A stretch of 64,000 nt of DNA from Halothiobacillus sp. (GCA_018623495.1 JAAZVP010000003.1:3466-67465), one strand, 5' to 3'; positions 23,540 through 33,904 are shown, counted from the first letter of the stretch. Numbers and translations are program-made. The notes: generated by a model not told the origin, from the letters alone.

Positions 23540-25081
23540 ATGGACCCCATCGCACTCAGCGTCTTTTCCAGCCGCATCGCCGCCGTCTGCGACGAGATGG
23601 GCGCGCAGCTCCGAAGGGCCGCCTTCTCGCCCAATATCCGCGACCGCCTGGACTACTCCTGCGCGGTCTTCGACGCCGAGGGCGAACTGGCTGCCCAGGC
23701 CGCCCACATCCCCGTGCACCTGGGCAGCATGGCCCATGCCATGACCGGCATCGTCGGCGAGATCGACTGGTCACCCGGGGACATGGTGGTGGTCAACGAC
23801 CCCTACCGCGGCGGCACCCACCTGCCCGACGTGACCCTGATCGCGCCGCTGTTCGTCGACGGGGAGCGGGTGGCCTTCGTCGCCAACCGCGCCCACCATG
23901 CCGACATCGGCGCCGAGGCCCCCGGCTCCATGCCGCTGTCCACGCGCCTCGACCAGGAGGGCCTGGTGATCCCGCCGACCCACCTCCTGCGCGGCGGCGA
24001 CGCGGTTCGCGAGGCCTGGGCCCTGCTCACCCGCAACGCCCGCAACCCGCGCGAATCCGCCGGTGACTTCCGCGCCCAGGTGAGCGCAAACCGCCGCGGC
24101 CTGGAACGACTCGCCGCCCTGGTCGGCGAGCGCGGCCGGGAGGCCTTCGCCGAGGGCCTGGCCGCCCTCAACGACTACGCCGAGACGCTCACCCGCGAGA
24201 CCCTGGCCGCGATCCCCGCCGGCCGTTATGCCTTCACCGACTTTCTCGACGACGACGGCCAGGGCAACCACGACCTGGCCATCCGGGTGACGATCGTCGT
24301 GGATGGCGGGGGTATCGACGTGGACTTCACCGGTACCGCCGGGCAAACCGCCGGCAACGTCAACTGCCCGCTGGCCGTGGCCGCCGCGGCGGTTTTCTAC
24401 GCCTTCCGCTGCCTGCTCCCCGACGAGACCCCCGCCTGCGCCGGCAGCCTGCGTCCCATCCGCCTGCATGCCCCCGCGGGCTGCCTGGTCAACGCCCGCC
24501 CGCCGGCGGCGGTGGCGGCGGGCAACGTGGAGACCAGCTCGCGGGTCGTGGACGCCGTGCTCGGCGCGCTCCACCCCGCCCTGCCCGAGCGCATCCCCGC
24601 GGCCAGCCACGGCGGCATGAACAACGTCGCCATGGGCAGCAACGGGTCCCCGGCCTGGGACTACTACGAGACCATGGGCGGGGGCATGGGCGCCGCCCCC
24701 GGCTGCGCCGGGCTGAGCGGGGTACAGACCCACATGACCAACACCCTCAACACCCCGGTGGAGGTGCTGGAGAGCCACTATCCCCTGCGCGTGGGTCGCT
24801 ACGCCCTGCGACGCGGCTCGGGGGGCGCGGGCCGCTGGCCGGGGGGCGACGGGCTGGTGCGCGAGTACCACTTCCTGCGCCCCACCGACGTCACCGTGCT
24901 CACCGAGCGCCGCCGCCACGCCCCCTGGGGGCTGGCGGGCGGCGCCGACGGCCAGCCGGGCGCGAACCGCCTGGACGGCGAGCCACTACCCCCCAAGACT
25001 GCTTTCCGGGCCCATGCCGGCCAGGTGCTCACCATCGAGACACCCGGCGGCGGGGGCTTCGGCAACGAGGAACGGGATTGA
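23540..25081 (+). CDS. hyuB: Hydantoinase B / 5-oxoprolinase family subunit (HyuB-like)
   Basis: Hydantoinase_B signature over the full length (VVNDPYRGGTHLPD, SHGGMNNV). Confidence 0.8.
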   Translation: MDPIALSVFSSRIAAVCDEMGAQLRRAAFSPNIRDRLDYSCAVFDAEGELAAQAAHIPVHLGSMAHAMTGIVGEIDWSPGDMVVVNDPYRGGTHLPDVTLIAPLFVDGERVAFVANRAHHADIGAEAPGSMPLSTRLDQEGLVIPPTHLLRGGDAVREAWALLTRNARNPRESAGDFRAQVSANRRGLERLAALVGERGREAFAEGLAALNDYAETLTRETLAAIPAGRYAFTDFLDDDGQGNHDLAIRVTIVVDGGGIDVDFTGTAGQTAGNVNCPLAVAAAAVFYAFRCLLPDETPACAGSLRPIRLHAPAGCLVNARPPAAVAAGNVETSSRVVDAVLGALHPALPERIPAASHGGMNNVAMGSNGSPAWDYYETMGGGMGAAPGCAGLSGVQTHMTNTLNTPVEVLESHYPLRVGRYALRRGSGGAGRWPGGDGLVREYHFLRPTDVTVLTERRRHAPWGLAGGADGQPGANRLDGEPLPPKTAFRAHAGQVLTIETPGGGGFGNEERD

Positions 25082-25166
25082 CCCCGCGAACGGGAAAGGA
25101 ATGCCCCCGCTGCCATCACCGGCGGTTAGGATGGACAACTGGTTGCAGCGAGAGAGGTTTTGAACG

Positions 25167-26942
25167 ATGTGCGGCATTTGCGGTGAACTGCGTTTCCACG
25201 GCGCCGGCGGCGACTTGCCCAGGGTCCGGCGGATGATGGACCGGCTCGAGCGCCGGGGCCCGGACCACGAGGGCAGCTTCTCCGACGGCCCGCTGGCCAT
25301 GGGCCATCGCCGGCTGTCGATCATCGACCTCTCCTGCCACGGCCACCAGCCCATGGTGGACAACGCCCTGGGACTGGCCCTGGTGTTCAACGGCACCATC
25401 TACAACCACCCCGACCTGCGCCGGGAACTGGAGGCCGCCGGCCATCGCTTCGCCTCCACCAGCGACACCGAGGTGATCCTCAAGGCCTACCGCCAGTGGG
25501 GCGAGGACTGCGTGCAGCGGTTCAACGGCATGTTCGCCTTCGCGGTCTGGGACATGGAGCGCGGCAGCCTCTTCCTCGCCCGTGACCGCATGGGGATCAA
25601 GCCGCTCTACTACAGCCTCGACAGCCGGCGCCTGGCATTCGCCTCCAACACCCAGGCCCTGCTCGCCGGCGGCGACGTGGACACCGCCATCGACCCGCTG
25701 GCCCTGCACAACCAGTTCAGCCTCCACGGCGTGGTGCCCGCCCCGCGCACCGTGCTCGCCGGCATCCGCAAGCTCGAGCCCGGCCACTGCATGACCCTCG
25801 ACCGCGAGGGCCGCTCGCGCACGCGCCGCTACTGGACGCTCACCGCTCGCCGCCCGGCCGAGCCCATGAGCGAGGCCCAGTGGCAGGAGGCCATCCACGC
25901 CGCGCTCAAGGCCTCGGTGGAACGGCGCATGAACATCGCCGACGTTCCCGTGGGCGCCCTGCTCTCCGGCGGCCTGGATTCCAGCCTGCTGGTGGGCCTG
26001 CTCCACGAGTGCGGCCACGAGCACATCAAGACCTTCACCGTGGGCTTCGAGGACCAGCCCGAGGAAAAGGGCAGCGAATTCGAGTACTCCGACCCGGTGG
26101 CCGAGCGCTTCGCCACCGAGCACCACAAGTTCCACGTGCCCAACGCCCAGGTGCTCGAGCGCCTGCCCGAGGCCGTGGAGCAGATGGCCGAGCCCATGTT
26201 CGGCCAGGACGCGGTGGCCTTCTACCTGCTCTCCGAGCAGGTGTCGCGACACGTCAAGGTGGTCCAGAGCGGCCAGGGCGCCGACGAGCTCTTCGCCGGC
26301 TACTTCTGGTACCCGCAGATGGCCGCCGCCGAGGGGACCGACATCGACCGCTTCGCCCCCTTCTACTTCGACCGCGACCATCCCGAGTACCTGGAGATGG
26401 TCAGCGCGGCGCACCGGGTGCGCGACTACACCCGCGAACTCGTCGGCGAGCGACTGGGCGCCCAGCAGGGCGAGCACTTCATCGACCGGGTGCTGGCCTT
26501 CGACGTCACCACCCTGATCGTCGACGACCCGGTCAAGCGGGTGGACAACATGACCATGGCCTGGGGGCTGGAGGCGCGGGTGCCGTTTCTCGACCACGAG
26601 CTGGTGGAGCTGGCCATGCAGATGCCGCCCGAGCTCAAGCTGCGCGACGGCGGCAAGTACATCCTCAAGAAGATCGCCCGCGGCCTGCTGCCCGACTCGG
26701 TCATCGACCGGCCCAAGGGCTACTTCCCGGTCCCGGCGCTGAAATACGTGCGCGGCCGGCCCCTGGAATTCATGCACGACATCCTCGACAGCCAGGCCTG
26801 CCGCGAGCGGGGCATCTTCGACCGCGGCTACGTGGACAAGCTCCTGGCCGCCCCCGACCGCCACTTCACCCGCCTGCAGGGCAGCAAGCTCTGGCACCTG
26901 GCCCTGCTCGAGCTCTGGCTGCAGCGCAACGTGGATCGCTGA
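25167..26942 (+). CDS. asnB: Asparagine synthetase (glutamine-hydrolysing), AsnB/AsnO family
   Basis: N-terminal MCGI Ntn amidotransferase motif plus an asparagine synthase domain (SGGLDSS). Confidence 0.85.
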   Translation: MCGICGELRFHGAGGDLPRVRRMMDRLERRGPDHEGSFSDGPLAMGHRRLSIIDLSCHGHQPMVDNALGLALVFNGTIYNHPDLRRELEAAGHRFASTSDTEVILKAYRQWGEDCVQRFNGMFAFAVWDMERGSLFLARDRMGIKPLYYSLDSRRLAFASNTQALLAGGDVDTAIDPLALHNQFSLHGVVPAPRTVLAGIRKLEPGHCMTLDREGRSRTRRYWTLTARRPAEPMSEAQWQEAIHAALKASVERRMNIADVPVGALLSGGLDSSLLVGLLHECGHEHIKTFTVGFEDQPEEKGSEFEYSDPVAERFATEHHKFHVPNAQVLERLPEAVEQMAEPMFGQDAVAFYLLSEQVSRHVKVVQSGQGADELFAGYFWYPQMAAAEGTDIDRFAPFYFDRDHPEYLEMVSAAHRVRDYTRELVGERLGAQQGEHFIDRVLAFDVTTLIVDDPVKRVDNMTMAWGLEARVPFLDHELVELAMQMPPELKLRDGGKYILKKIARGLLPDSVIDRPKGYFPVPALKYVRGRPLEFMHDILDSQACRERGIFDRGYVDKLLAAPDRHFTRLQGSKLWHLALLELWLQRNVDR

Positions 26943-27129
26943 ACGCGGGCGGGGCCCCTCGCCGGGGCCGGGGTACGCCGCCCCATCCGGCCGGCAGCCC
27001 TTCGCGTCCCCGGCGCCAGTTCCACGCAACCGCGCAAGGGATACGCCGGCCAGCGCGCCAAGGGGGCCGCGGAGCCGCCTTGCGCGGCCAACGAACACGG
27101 GGATCGGACTAGACCGCGATCATCACGCG

Positions 27130-27158
27130 TTTATGCAACCGCGCGCAGGCCTTAGAAT
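27130..27158 (+). promoter_or_regulatory. Candidate sigma70 promoter for grxD: TTTATG, 17-nt spacer, TAGAAT
   Basis: Hexamers read from the sequence, with a 38-nt leader to the grxD ATG. Confidence 0.4.
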
Positions 27159-27196
27159 TCAACGCCGACAATCACGCACCAGAGAGGTTCGACCCC

Positions 27197-27532
27197 ATGG
27201 ACGTCATGGACCGCATCCGCGAGCAGGTGGAGAACCACGCGATCGTCATCTACATGAAGGGCACACCCCAGCTGCCCAGCTGCGGCTTCTCCGCCCGCGC
27301 CGCCCAGGCGATGATGGAGACCGGCGTGGAATTCGCCTACGTGAACGTGATCGCCGACCCGGAGATCATGCAGAACCTGCCCAACTTCGCCGACTGGCCC
27401 ACCTTTCCCCAGATCTACATGAACGGCGAGCTCTTCGGCGGCGGCGACATCATCATGGAGCTCTACGAGGACAACGAGCTCAAGGACGTGATGCAGGAGG
27501 CCTTCGACAAGGGCCCCAAGAAGGCGTCCTGA
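27197..27532 (+). CDS. grxD: Monothiol glutaredoxin Grx4/GrxD
   Basis: CGFS active site (PSCGFSARAAQ) in a GrxD-length protein. Confidence 0.9.
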   Translation: MDVMDRIREQVENHAIVIYMKGTPQLPSCGFSARAAQAMMETGVEFAYVNVIADPEIMQNLPNFADWPTFPQIYMNGELFGGGDIIMELYEDNELKDVMQEAFDKGPKKAS

Positions 27533-27664
27533 ACACGCCCCCACGCCAGGCCCCGGAGACGGCGGGGCGCGCTTCGCCCGGCCCATCGCCCACCCGCTCC
27601 CCGGCAACGCCACTGCCCCCGCGCCCTCTCCCCCGGGTATGAGGGCCAGGGTGGGGTGGCCGCC

Positions 27665-28282
27665 CTACCCCGCCTCCCGCCAGGCGTTGACGATCGAGCA
27701 GAACAGCTCGGCGGTCTTCTGCGCGTCGTAGATCCCGGAATGGGCCTCGCGGTGGTCCCAGGCCAGCCCCGCGGCCTTCACCGACCGGGCCAAGACCGTC
27801 TCGCCCAGGGCGAGCGCCGAGAGCGAGACGGTGTCGAAGGTGGAGAAGGGGTGGAAGGGATCGCGCTTGATGGCGTTGCGCTCCACCGCGGTCTTGAGGA
27901 ATCCGAGGTCGAAGGCGGCGTTGTGGCCCACCAGGATGGCACGCTTGCACTCGGCCTCGCGCACCGCCCGGCGGATGGGGCGGAAAATCTCCACCAGGGC
28001 CTCGCGCTCGGGCCGGGCATCGCGCAGGGGGTTCCAGGGGTCGATGCCGTTGACCTCCAGCGACTTCGGCTCGATGTTGGCCCCCTCGAAGGGCTGGATG
28101 TGGGCGTGAGCCGTCTCGCCCGGGTGCACCCGTCCCTCGGCATCCATCTCGATGATCACCGCCGCCACCTCCAGCAGGGCATCGGTCTCGCGGTTGAAAC
28201 CACCGGTCTCCACGTCCACGACCACCGGGAGAAAACCCCGAAAGCGCTGGTTGATCTGTGCCACTTGCCGGATCTGCTGCAT
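27665..28282 (-). CDS. rnt: Ribonuclease T
   Basis: DEDDh exonuclease motifs (VVVDVETGGF, HNAAFDLGFL, HSGIYDAQ) with RNase T length. Confidence 0.9.
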   Translation of the reverse strand: MQQIRQVAQINQRFRGFLPVVVDVETGGFNRETDALLEVAAVIIEMDAEGRVHPGETAHAHIQPFEGANIEPKSLEVNGIDPWNPLRDARPEREALVEIFRPIRRAVREAECKRAILVGHNAAFDLGFLKTAVERNAIKRDPFHPFSTFDTVSLSALALGETVLARSVKAAGLAWDHREAHSGIYDAQKTAELFCSIVNAWREAG

Positions 28283-28313
28283 GCTGGTCTCGTTACTGGG
28301 CGGGGCGCGGAGT

Positions 28314-31208
28314 CTAACACGCCCGCCGGGCCAGGCCGTGGGTCTCGAGAAAGCTCCGCAACGCGGGCTCGGGCATCGGCCGGGCGAAGTGGAACCCCTG
28401 GTAGGCGTGACAGGCGCTGGCCGCGAGATAGTCGCGCTGGGCGGCCGTCTCCACGCCCTCGGCGATCACCTCCAGGCCCAGGTGGCGACTCATGGCGATG
28501 ATGCTCTCGACGATGGCGCAGTCGTTGGCGTCGCCGGGGATGTCGCGGACGAAGGACTGGTCGATCTTGAGCTCGTCGATGGGCAGGCGCTTGAGATAGG
28601 CCAGCGACGAGTAGCCGGTGCCGAAGTCGTCGACGGCAAAGCGGATGGCATGGGCCCGCAGCGCTTCCATCTGCCGCACCGTGCGGTCGACGTCGGCGAC
28701 CAGCAGGCTCTCGGTGAGCTCCAGCTTGAGCCGCTCGCCGGCCACGCCGTGGCGCTCCAGGATGGTGACCAGGCGCTCGACGAAATCGTCCTCGGCGAAT
28801 TGGCGCGGGCTGATGTTCACCGCGATTCGCGGCATGGAGGGATCGGTCAGCAGGCGGACCACCCGCTCCAGGACCCGCTCGCCGATCGCCAGGATCAGGC
28901 CCGTTTCCTCGCTGACCGGGATGAATTCCGCCGGCGACACCGGGCCCCGCTCGGGATGGGTCCAGCGCAACAGGGCCTCGGCCCCCACCACCCGGCCGCC
29001 CTCGTCCACCTGCGGCTGATAGACGAGGTGGAACTCGTCGTGCTCGACCCCGCGGTGCAGGTCGTTCTCCAGGCTGAGACGCTCACCGGAGGCCGCGGCC
29101 ATTTCCCGGTTGAAGAAGCAGACGCTGTCCCGCCCGCGGGCCTTGGCGGCATACATCGCGGTGTCCGCGTACTTGAGGATGTCCTCGGCGCTGGCGGAGC
29201 CGTGGGGCAGCATCACGACCCCGATACTGGGCGTGACCCGCAGCTCGTGACCCCCCGGGTGCACCGGCTCGGCGACCCGCCGGCGAATCCGCCGGGCCAC
29301 CTCGCTGACGACCTGCCGGGGCTCCTCACCGCCGGCCTCCAGCTCGGGCAGCAAGAGCACGAACTCGTCCCCGCCCAGCCGTGCCGCGAGGTCCTCGCGG
29401 CGCATCTCCGCCACCAGCCGGCGGGCGATCGCCTGGAGCACCTGGTCGCCCACGGAATGCCCCAGCGAGTCGTTGATGTGCTTGAAGCGGTCGAGGTCCA
29501 TGAACAGCAGCGCCCCGCGGTGGCCGTGGCGCCGGGCACGGGCGAGTTCCTCCCCGAGGCGCTCCAGCAGGTGGCGGCGGTTGGCCAGCTCGGTGAGCGG
29601 GTCGAACCGGGCCTGGCGACGGATGACCGCCTCGGCGCGCAGGCGTTCGGTGACGTCGTGGATGATCGAGTGCAGGTAGACGCGACCGCCCACCCGGACC
29701 GGGCCGGTGTAGACCTCGACGTCGCGGATCTCGCCGTCGGCCAGGCGGTGGCGGAAGCGGAAGTGGTCGGCCTCGCCCGACCGGGCCCGGCCCATTTCCG
29801 CGCGCACGGCATCACGCGCACCGGTGTTGATGTCGCGGATGTTCATCCGCATCAGTTGCGCGCGGGGGTGGCCGTAGAAACGGGCGGCCGCCTGGTTGGC
29901 GTCCACGATCGCGCCACTGCCCGGATCGATGAGCAGCTTGATCGCCCGGTTGTTGAGAAACATCTGCCGGTAGAGCTGCTCGCGCTCGGCGAGCTCCGCC
30001 GACGCCTCCCGGCGCCGCTCCTCGGCGCGGTAGCGCTCCACCGCACCGCCCACCGAACGGGCCATCTCCTCGAGCAGGCCCACCAGGTCCGGCGTGAGCA
30101 ACTCGGGATCGGCGGCGTAGACGGTGAACACCGCCCGGGGCTCGCCCTCGACGATCACCGGGAAGCTCGCCGCGGCCCGCACGCCGGCCTCGCGGGCCAG
30201 GCTGTGCCAGTCCCGGTTCTGGGTGGCCCGCAGGAAGTCGCGCTCGATCACCGGGCGCCCGCTGCGAAAGGCGCGCCCGGTGGGACCGGCCGCTTCGGGA
30301 AGATGGGCCGCGAAGGCCACCCGCGCCCGACGGACCTGGGGCGCCCCCGCGCCGGCGGCGGCCGCCACCCGCAGCAGGCCGCTGTCGTGGTCCGGGAGGG
30401 CCACCCACGCGCCACGGAACCCGGCGGAGTGCACCGCGATTCGACACACCGACACGTACAGCGATTCCGCGTCCGGGCACTCCAGGCCGGCCTGCATGGT
30501 GCGGCTGAGCGCCTCGTAGAGCCGGCGCTGGCGACCGAGCGCCTGCTGGCCCAGCTCGTGGGCATGCCGCAGGCGGAACGCGTCCCCGAGCATCCGGTTC
30601 AGGCGGCGCGAGCTCGCCGCCAGGCCGACCAGGAACACCAGCACCAGGACGGCGATCCCGAGGCTCGCCGAGGTCCCCGCGAGCACCAGCTGCACCAGCA
30701 CCGGCAGCATCGCCGGCACGCTGAACCAGAGGGCCATCCCGCGGATGCTGGAGAGCGTCGTCACGCTGGCCGCGGACAGGCCGGCGAGGACCACCACCAG
30801 CAGGGCCTGGTGACCCACCGATTCCGGCGGGAAGAGTGAACCGCCCGCCAGGCCCCAGGTCAGTCCACTGGCGAGTACGCCAGCGCGAAAGATCCGCTCC
30901 CAGCGCCGCAGCGTCGACCGATCGTGCGCCGCAACGGCGAACAGCCTGCCGACCAGCCAGCGGACCCCGAGCACCAGGACGGTGAGGCCCAGCCAGCCGG
31001 CCACGGGCGTCTCGCCCACCCGGGGCTGGAGCAGCAGGGCCAGGATCATCGCCACGACCACCGCGGCGCTGAGCGCGACCGGCTGTTGCCGGTAGAGCTG
31101 AACCACCTGGTCGCGGTGGATGGCGTCGTCGAGACGGGGCGATGTCGGCGGACGGCCCATGGGCTCCTCGCGCGGGGATGGGAAAGACCGGGGTGTCGCC
31201 CCGGTCAT
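28314..31208 (-). CDS. Membrane sensor protein with GAF, PAS, GGDEF and EAL domains (c-di-GMP diguanylate cyclase/phosphodiesterase)
   Basis: N-terminal multi-TM region, GAF, PAS, a GGDEF region (RLGGDEFVLLL) and EAL motifs (ELTESLL, DDFGTGYSSL). Confidence 0.85.
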   Translation of the reverse strand: MTGATPRSFPSPREEPMGRPPTSPRLDDAIHRDQVVQLYRQQPVALSAAVVVAMILALLLQPRVGETPVAGWLGLTVLVLGVRWLVGRLFAVAAHDRSTLRRWERIFRAGVLASGLTWGLAGGSLFPPESVGHQALLVVVLAGLSAASVTTLSSIRGMALWFSVPAMLPVLVQLVLAGTSASLGIAVLVLVFLVGLAASSRRLNRMLGDAFRLRHAHELGQQALGRQRRLYEALSRTMQAGLECPDAESLYVSVCRIAVHSAGFRGAWVALPDHDSGLLRVAAAAGAGAPQVRRARVAFAAHLPEAAGPTGRAFRSGRPVIERDFLRATQNRDWHSLAREAGVRAAASFPVIVEGEPRAVFTVYAADPELLTPDLVGLLEEMARSVGGAVERYRAEERRREASAELAEREQLYRQMFLNNRAIKLLIDPGSGAIVDANQAAARFYGHPRAQLMRMNIRDINTGARDAVRAEMGRARSGEADHFRFRHRLADGEIRDVEVYTGPVRVGGRVYLHSIIHDVTERLRAEAVIRRQARFDPLTELANRRHLLERLGEELARARRHGHRGALLFMDLDRFKHINDSLGHSVGDQVLQAIARRLVAEMRREDLAARLGGDEFVLLLPELEAGGEEPRQVVSEVARRIRRRVAEPVHPGGHELRVTPSIGVVMLPHGSASAEDILKYADTAMYAAKARGRDSVCFFNREMAAASGERLSLENDLHRGVEHDEFHLVYQPQVDEGGRVVGAEALLRWTHPERGPVSPAEFIPVSEETGLILAIGERVLERVVRLLTDPSMPRIAVNISPRQFAEDDFVERLVTILERHGVAGERLKLELTESLLVADVDRTVRQMEALRAHAIRFAVDDFGTGYSSLAYLKRLPIDELKIDQSFVRDIPGDANDCAIVESIIAMSRHLGLEVIAEGVETAAQRDYLAASACHAYQGFHFARPMPEPALRSFLETHGLARRAC

Positions 31209-31268
31209 GACCGGCCCGTCGCCGCCACGGCAGACCCGCGGATTCGCAAGCGGGCGGGCCGGCCGGCG

Positions 31269-32306
31269 TCAGTCCTCGCCGCGGATGCGCCAGGCCACCT
31301 CGCCACCGGCGCGCAGGGGCACCAGCGTCTCGTCCCCGGCGGCGAAGGATTCCGGAACCGGCTGGGCGACGCGCTCCAGGGTGATGGTAGAGGCGTTGTA
31401 TGACAGGCCGTAGAAATCGGCGCCGAAGTGGCTGGCGAAGCCCTCCAGGCGATCGAGCGCATCCATGGCCTCGAAGACCTCGGCATAGAACTCGATGGCG
31501 GCGTGGGCGCTGAACACGCCGGCGCAGCCGCAGGCCGATTCCTTGGCGCCCCGCGGATGGGGCGCGCTGTCGGTGCCCAGGAAGAACTTCGGATTGCCGC
31601 TGGTGGCGGCCTGCAACAGGGCCTCGCGGTGCGTCTCGCGCTTGAGGATGGGCAGGCAGTAGTAGTGCGGCCGGATGCCGCCCACGAGCATGTCGTTGCG
31701 GTTGTAGAGCAGGTGGTGGGGAGTGATGGTGGCGGCCACGCCGTCGCGCTCGGCGGCCACGAAATCCACCGCGTCGCGCGTGGTGACGTGCTCCATGACC
31801 ACCGGCAGCGCGGGGAAGCGGGAGACCAGCGGGCGCAGCACCCGGTCGATGAAGACCTTCTCGCGGTCGAAGATGTCGATGCGGGCATCGGTCACCTCGC
31901 CATGCACCAGCAGCGGCAGGCCGAGTTCCTGCATGGTCTCGAGCACGGCGTCCACGCGCGCCAGCTCGGTCACGCCGCTGGCGGAGTTGGTGGTGGCGCC
32001 GGCGGGATAGAGCTTGACCGCCCGCACGATGCCGCTGTCCACCGCCCTGCGGATCTCCTCGGGGCGGGTGTCCTCGGTGAGATAGAGCGTCATCTGCGGG
32101 TCGAAATCGACGCCCTCGGGCACCGCCTCCAGCACCCGCCGGCGGTAGTCGGCCGCCTGTTCCACGGTGGTGATCGGCGGGACGAGGTTGGGCATGATGA
32201 TCGCTCGCCCGAAGCGCCGGGCCGAGTGCGGCACCACGGTGCGCAGCATCTCGCCGTCACGGACGTGGAGATGCCAGTCGTCGGGGCGGGTGATGGTCAG
32301 CTGCAT
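31269..32306 (-). CDS. pyrC: Dihydroorotase (homodimeric type)
   Basis: [11 protein letters not shown]...MPNLVPP...DSAPH. Confidence 0.9.
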   Translation of the reverse strand: MQLTITRPDDWHLHVRDGEMLRTVVPHSARRFGRAIIMPNLVPPITTVEQAADYRRRVLEAVPEGVDFDPQMTLYLTEDTRPEEIRRAVDSGIVRAVKLYPAGATTNSASGVTELARVDAVLETMQELGLPLLVHGEVTDARIDIFDREKVFIDRVLRPLVSRFPALPVVMEHVTTRDAVDFVAAERDGVAATITPHHLLYNRNDMLVGGIRPHYYCLPILKRETHREALLQAATSGNPKFFLGTDSAPHPRGAKESACGCAGVFSAHAAIEFYAEVFEAMDALDRLEGFASHFGADFYGLSYNASTITLERVAQPVPESFAAGDETLVPLRAGGEVAWRIRGED

Positions 32307-32383
32307 GCGGGGGTTCTCCGTTCACGAACACGAGACCCCCGCGGGGCGGGGGTCGGATGGGCTGCTCGATCGAGGGGTCGGCC

Positions 32384-32857
32384 TCACCAGGCGATGTAGG
32401 CGAAGCCCTCTTCCTGGAGCTCCATGAGCGACGCCGCGCCCACCTCGGCATACTCGATGAAGGGCCGCATGTCGTCCATGGTCCAGCCGATGGTCTTCAT
32501 GGTGTTGCCGCAGGCGATGAAGCGCACACCGTAGTTCTCGGCCATGTTCCGCACCCGCTCCCGCAGCACCTGCGGCACCAGGCGCTTCGGCTCCTTGGCC
32601 AGCAGGTGGATGCCGGGCCCGATGACCACCACGGCGATCTCCACGTTGTCGCCGTACTTGCCGATCATCGCGCTCACCGAGTTGAGGACGTGCTCCTGGT
32701 ACTCCCAGTCCGACTCGTTGAGCTGGTAGACGACGTGGTGCGCGGGCGGGTCCCCCGGGAAGTGCAGGTCATCCTGGGCCTGGGCAGCGGCCATGCCCGA
32801 AAGCAGGGCGAACAGGACGGGAATGCGCAGGACGGCGGCAAGCGGACTCGGACCCAT
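32384..32857 (-). CDS. DsrE/DsrF-like family protein with N-terminal signal peptide
   Basis: Signal peptide MGPSPLAAVLRIPVLFALLSGMAAAQA followed by a DsrE-like fold (HVVYQLN...FIACGNTMK). Confidence 0.65.
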   Translation of the reverse strand: MGPSPLAAVLRIPVLFALLSGMAAAQAQDDLHFPGDPPAHHVVYQLNESDWEYQEHVLNSVSAMIGKYGDNVEIAVVVIGPGIHLLAKEPKRLVPQVLRERVRNMAENYGVRFIACGNTMKTIGWTMDDMRPFIEYAEVGAASLMELQEEGFAYIAW

Positions 32858-32926
32858 GACAGGCTCTCCGTGGCGTTTTGGCTTTTTTCCAGTGTACCAG
32901 AACGCCGGTTCCGGGCCACGGCGTCG

Positions 32927-33904
32927 TCATCGGCCGAAATGCCCCGGCGCGTCGTCGAAACCGCCCGGCACGCCCTTGGTCACCACCGCCACCGCGTTGT
33001 GGGGATGCAGGCTCTCCATGTGATTGACGCGCACGCGGAAGTCGCTCAGGGCATCGTCGCCGTCGAGCACGGCGCGGATGTTGCGGGCGGCGTCCTCGCA
33101 GAACATCAGGTTCTCGCCGTTGAGGCGGGCGAACTCCTGCTCGTCCTCGCGCTTGACCGCCGCCTGGACCGGGGTCTTGAGCCCGGCCTCCACGTCGTCG
33201 ATCAGCCGGGCGACCGGCAGGTGCTCGCAGCCCGGGTCGAGCCGCACCCGCACCTGGGCCACGCTGCGCTGGCTGTGGGGCGTGGCGCGGATGGCCTCGG
33301 CGGTACCCAGCCATTCGCCTACCTCGGCGACGTCGGCCCTGCCGTCTTCGCCGAACCGCTCGGCGAAGCCTTCCTGGATCAGCTGGCGGGAGAGCGCCGC
33401 CGAGCACGGGCAGGTGGAGGAATAGGTCACCTCCACTTCCATTTCCAGCGACAGGCCACGGGCATCGCGCATGGCCAGCACGCGCAGGGGATAGTTCTTC
33501 CAGCCCGCATGGCCGGAGAGCAGCGACTCGCGCCGGGCGTGGAAGTCCAGTCGACACTCCAGCAGCGCGCGGTCGGCGAGACCCGCGTGCGAGTCGATGA
33601 ACCGCCCGAGGATGGCGTCGAGCCGGCTGGCGGTGAGCTCGGCCTGGGCCAGCTCGCGGTCGAGCTCCAGGTAGAGCCGGGACATGTGGATCCCCTTGGC
33701 GTCGGGGTCGGCCAGGTTGACGTAGGCCTGGATCCGCGCCAGCCCCGGGGACAGGCGCCCGGCTCCGTCGGGCACCGACACGGGCAGCTCGATCTCGGCC
33801 ATGCCCACCCAGTCCAGCCGGCCACGCCGGCCCTGGTGCGATTGGCTGGCCACGTCCGGCATGGAACGGTTCGGTCGGATCCGCAGCGCGGTCTCGGCGT
33901 TCAT
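32927..33904 (-). CDS. folE2: GTP cyclohydrolase FolE2 (type IB, zinc-independent)
   Basis: FolE2/MptA family (GIHMSRLY...YSSTCPCSAALS...VNHMESLHPHNAVA). The ATG at 33902-33904 overlaps the folX stop, and I rejected the long N-terminal extension of the track ORF. Confidence 0.85.
   Translation of the reverse strand: MNAETALRIRPNRSMPDVASQSHQGRRGRLDWVGMAEIELPVSVPDGAGRLSPGLARIQAYVNLADPDAKGIHMSRLYLELDRELAQAELTASRLDAILGRFIDSHAGLADRALLECRLDFHARRESLLSGHAGWKNYPLRVLAMRDARGLSLEMEVEVTYSSTCPCSAALSRQLIQEGFAERFGEDGRADVAEVGEWLGTAEAIRATPHSQRSVAQVRVRLDPGCEHLPVARLIDDVEAGLKTPVQAAVKREDEQEFARLNGENLMFCEDAARNIRAVLDGDDALSDFRVRVNHMESLHPHNAVAVVTKGVPGGFDDAPGHFGR

Noticed and set aside
27610-27660. GC-rich near-palindromes after rnt (GGGTGGGGTGGCCGCCCTACCC) and after the ferredoxin gene (55537-55558)
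   Set aside because: They are stable hairpins without a U-tract on either strand. They are probably RNA-stabilising or Rho-dependent structures rather than intrinsic terminators, and are not otherwise remarkable in a 68% GC genome.
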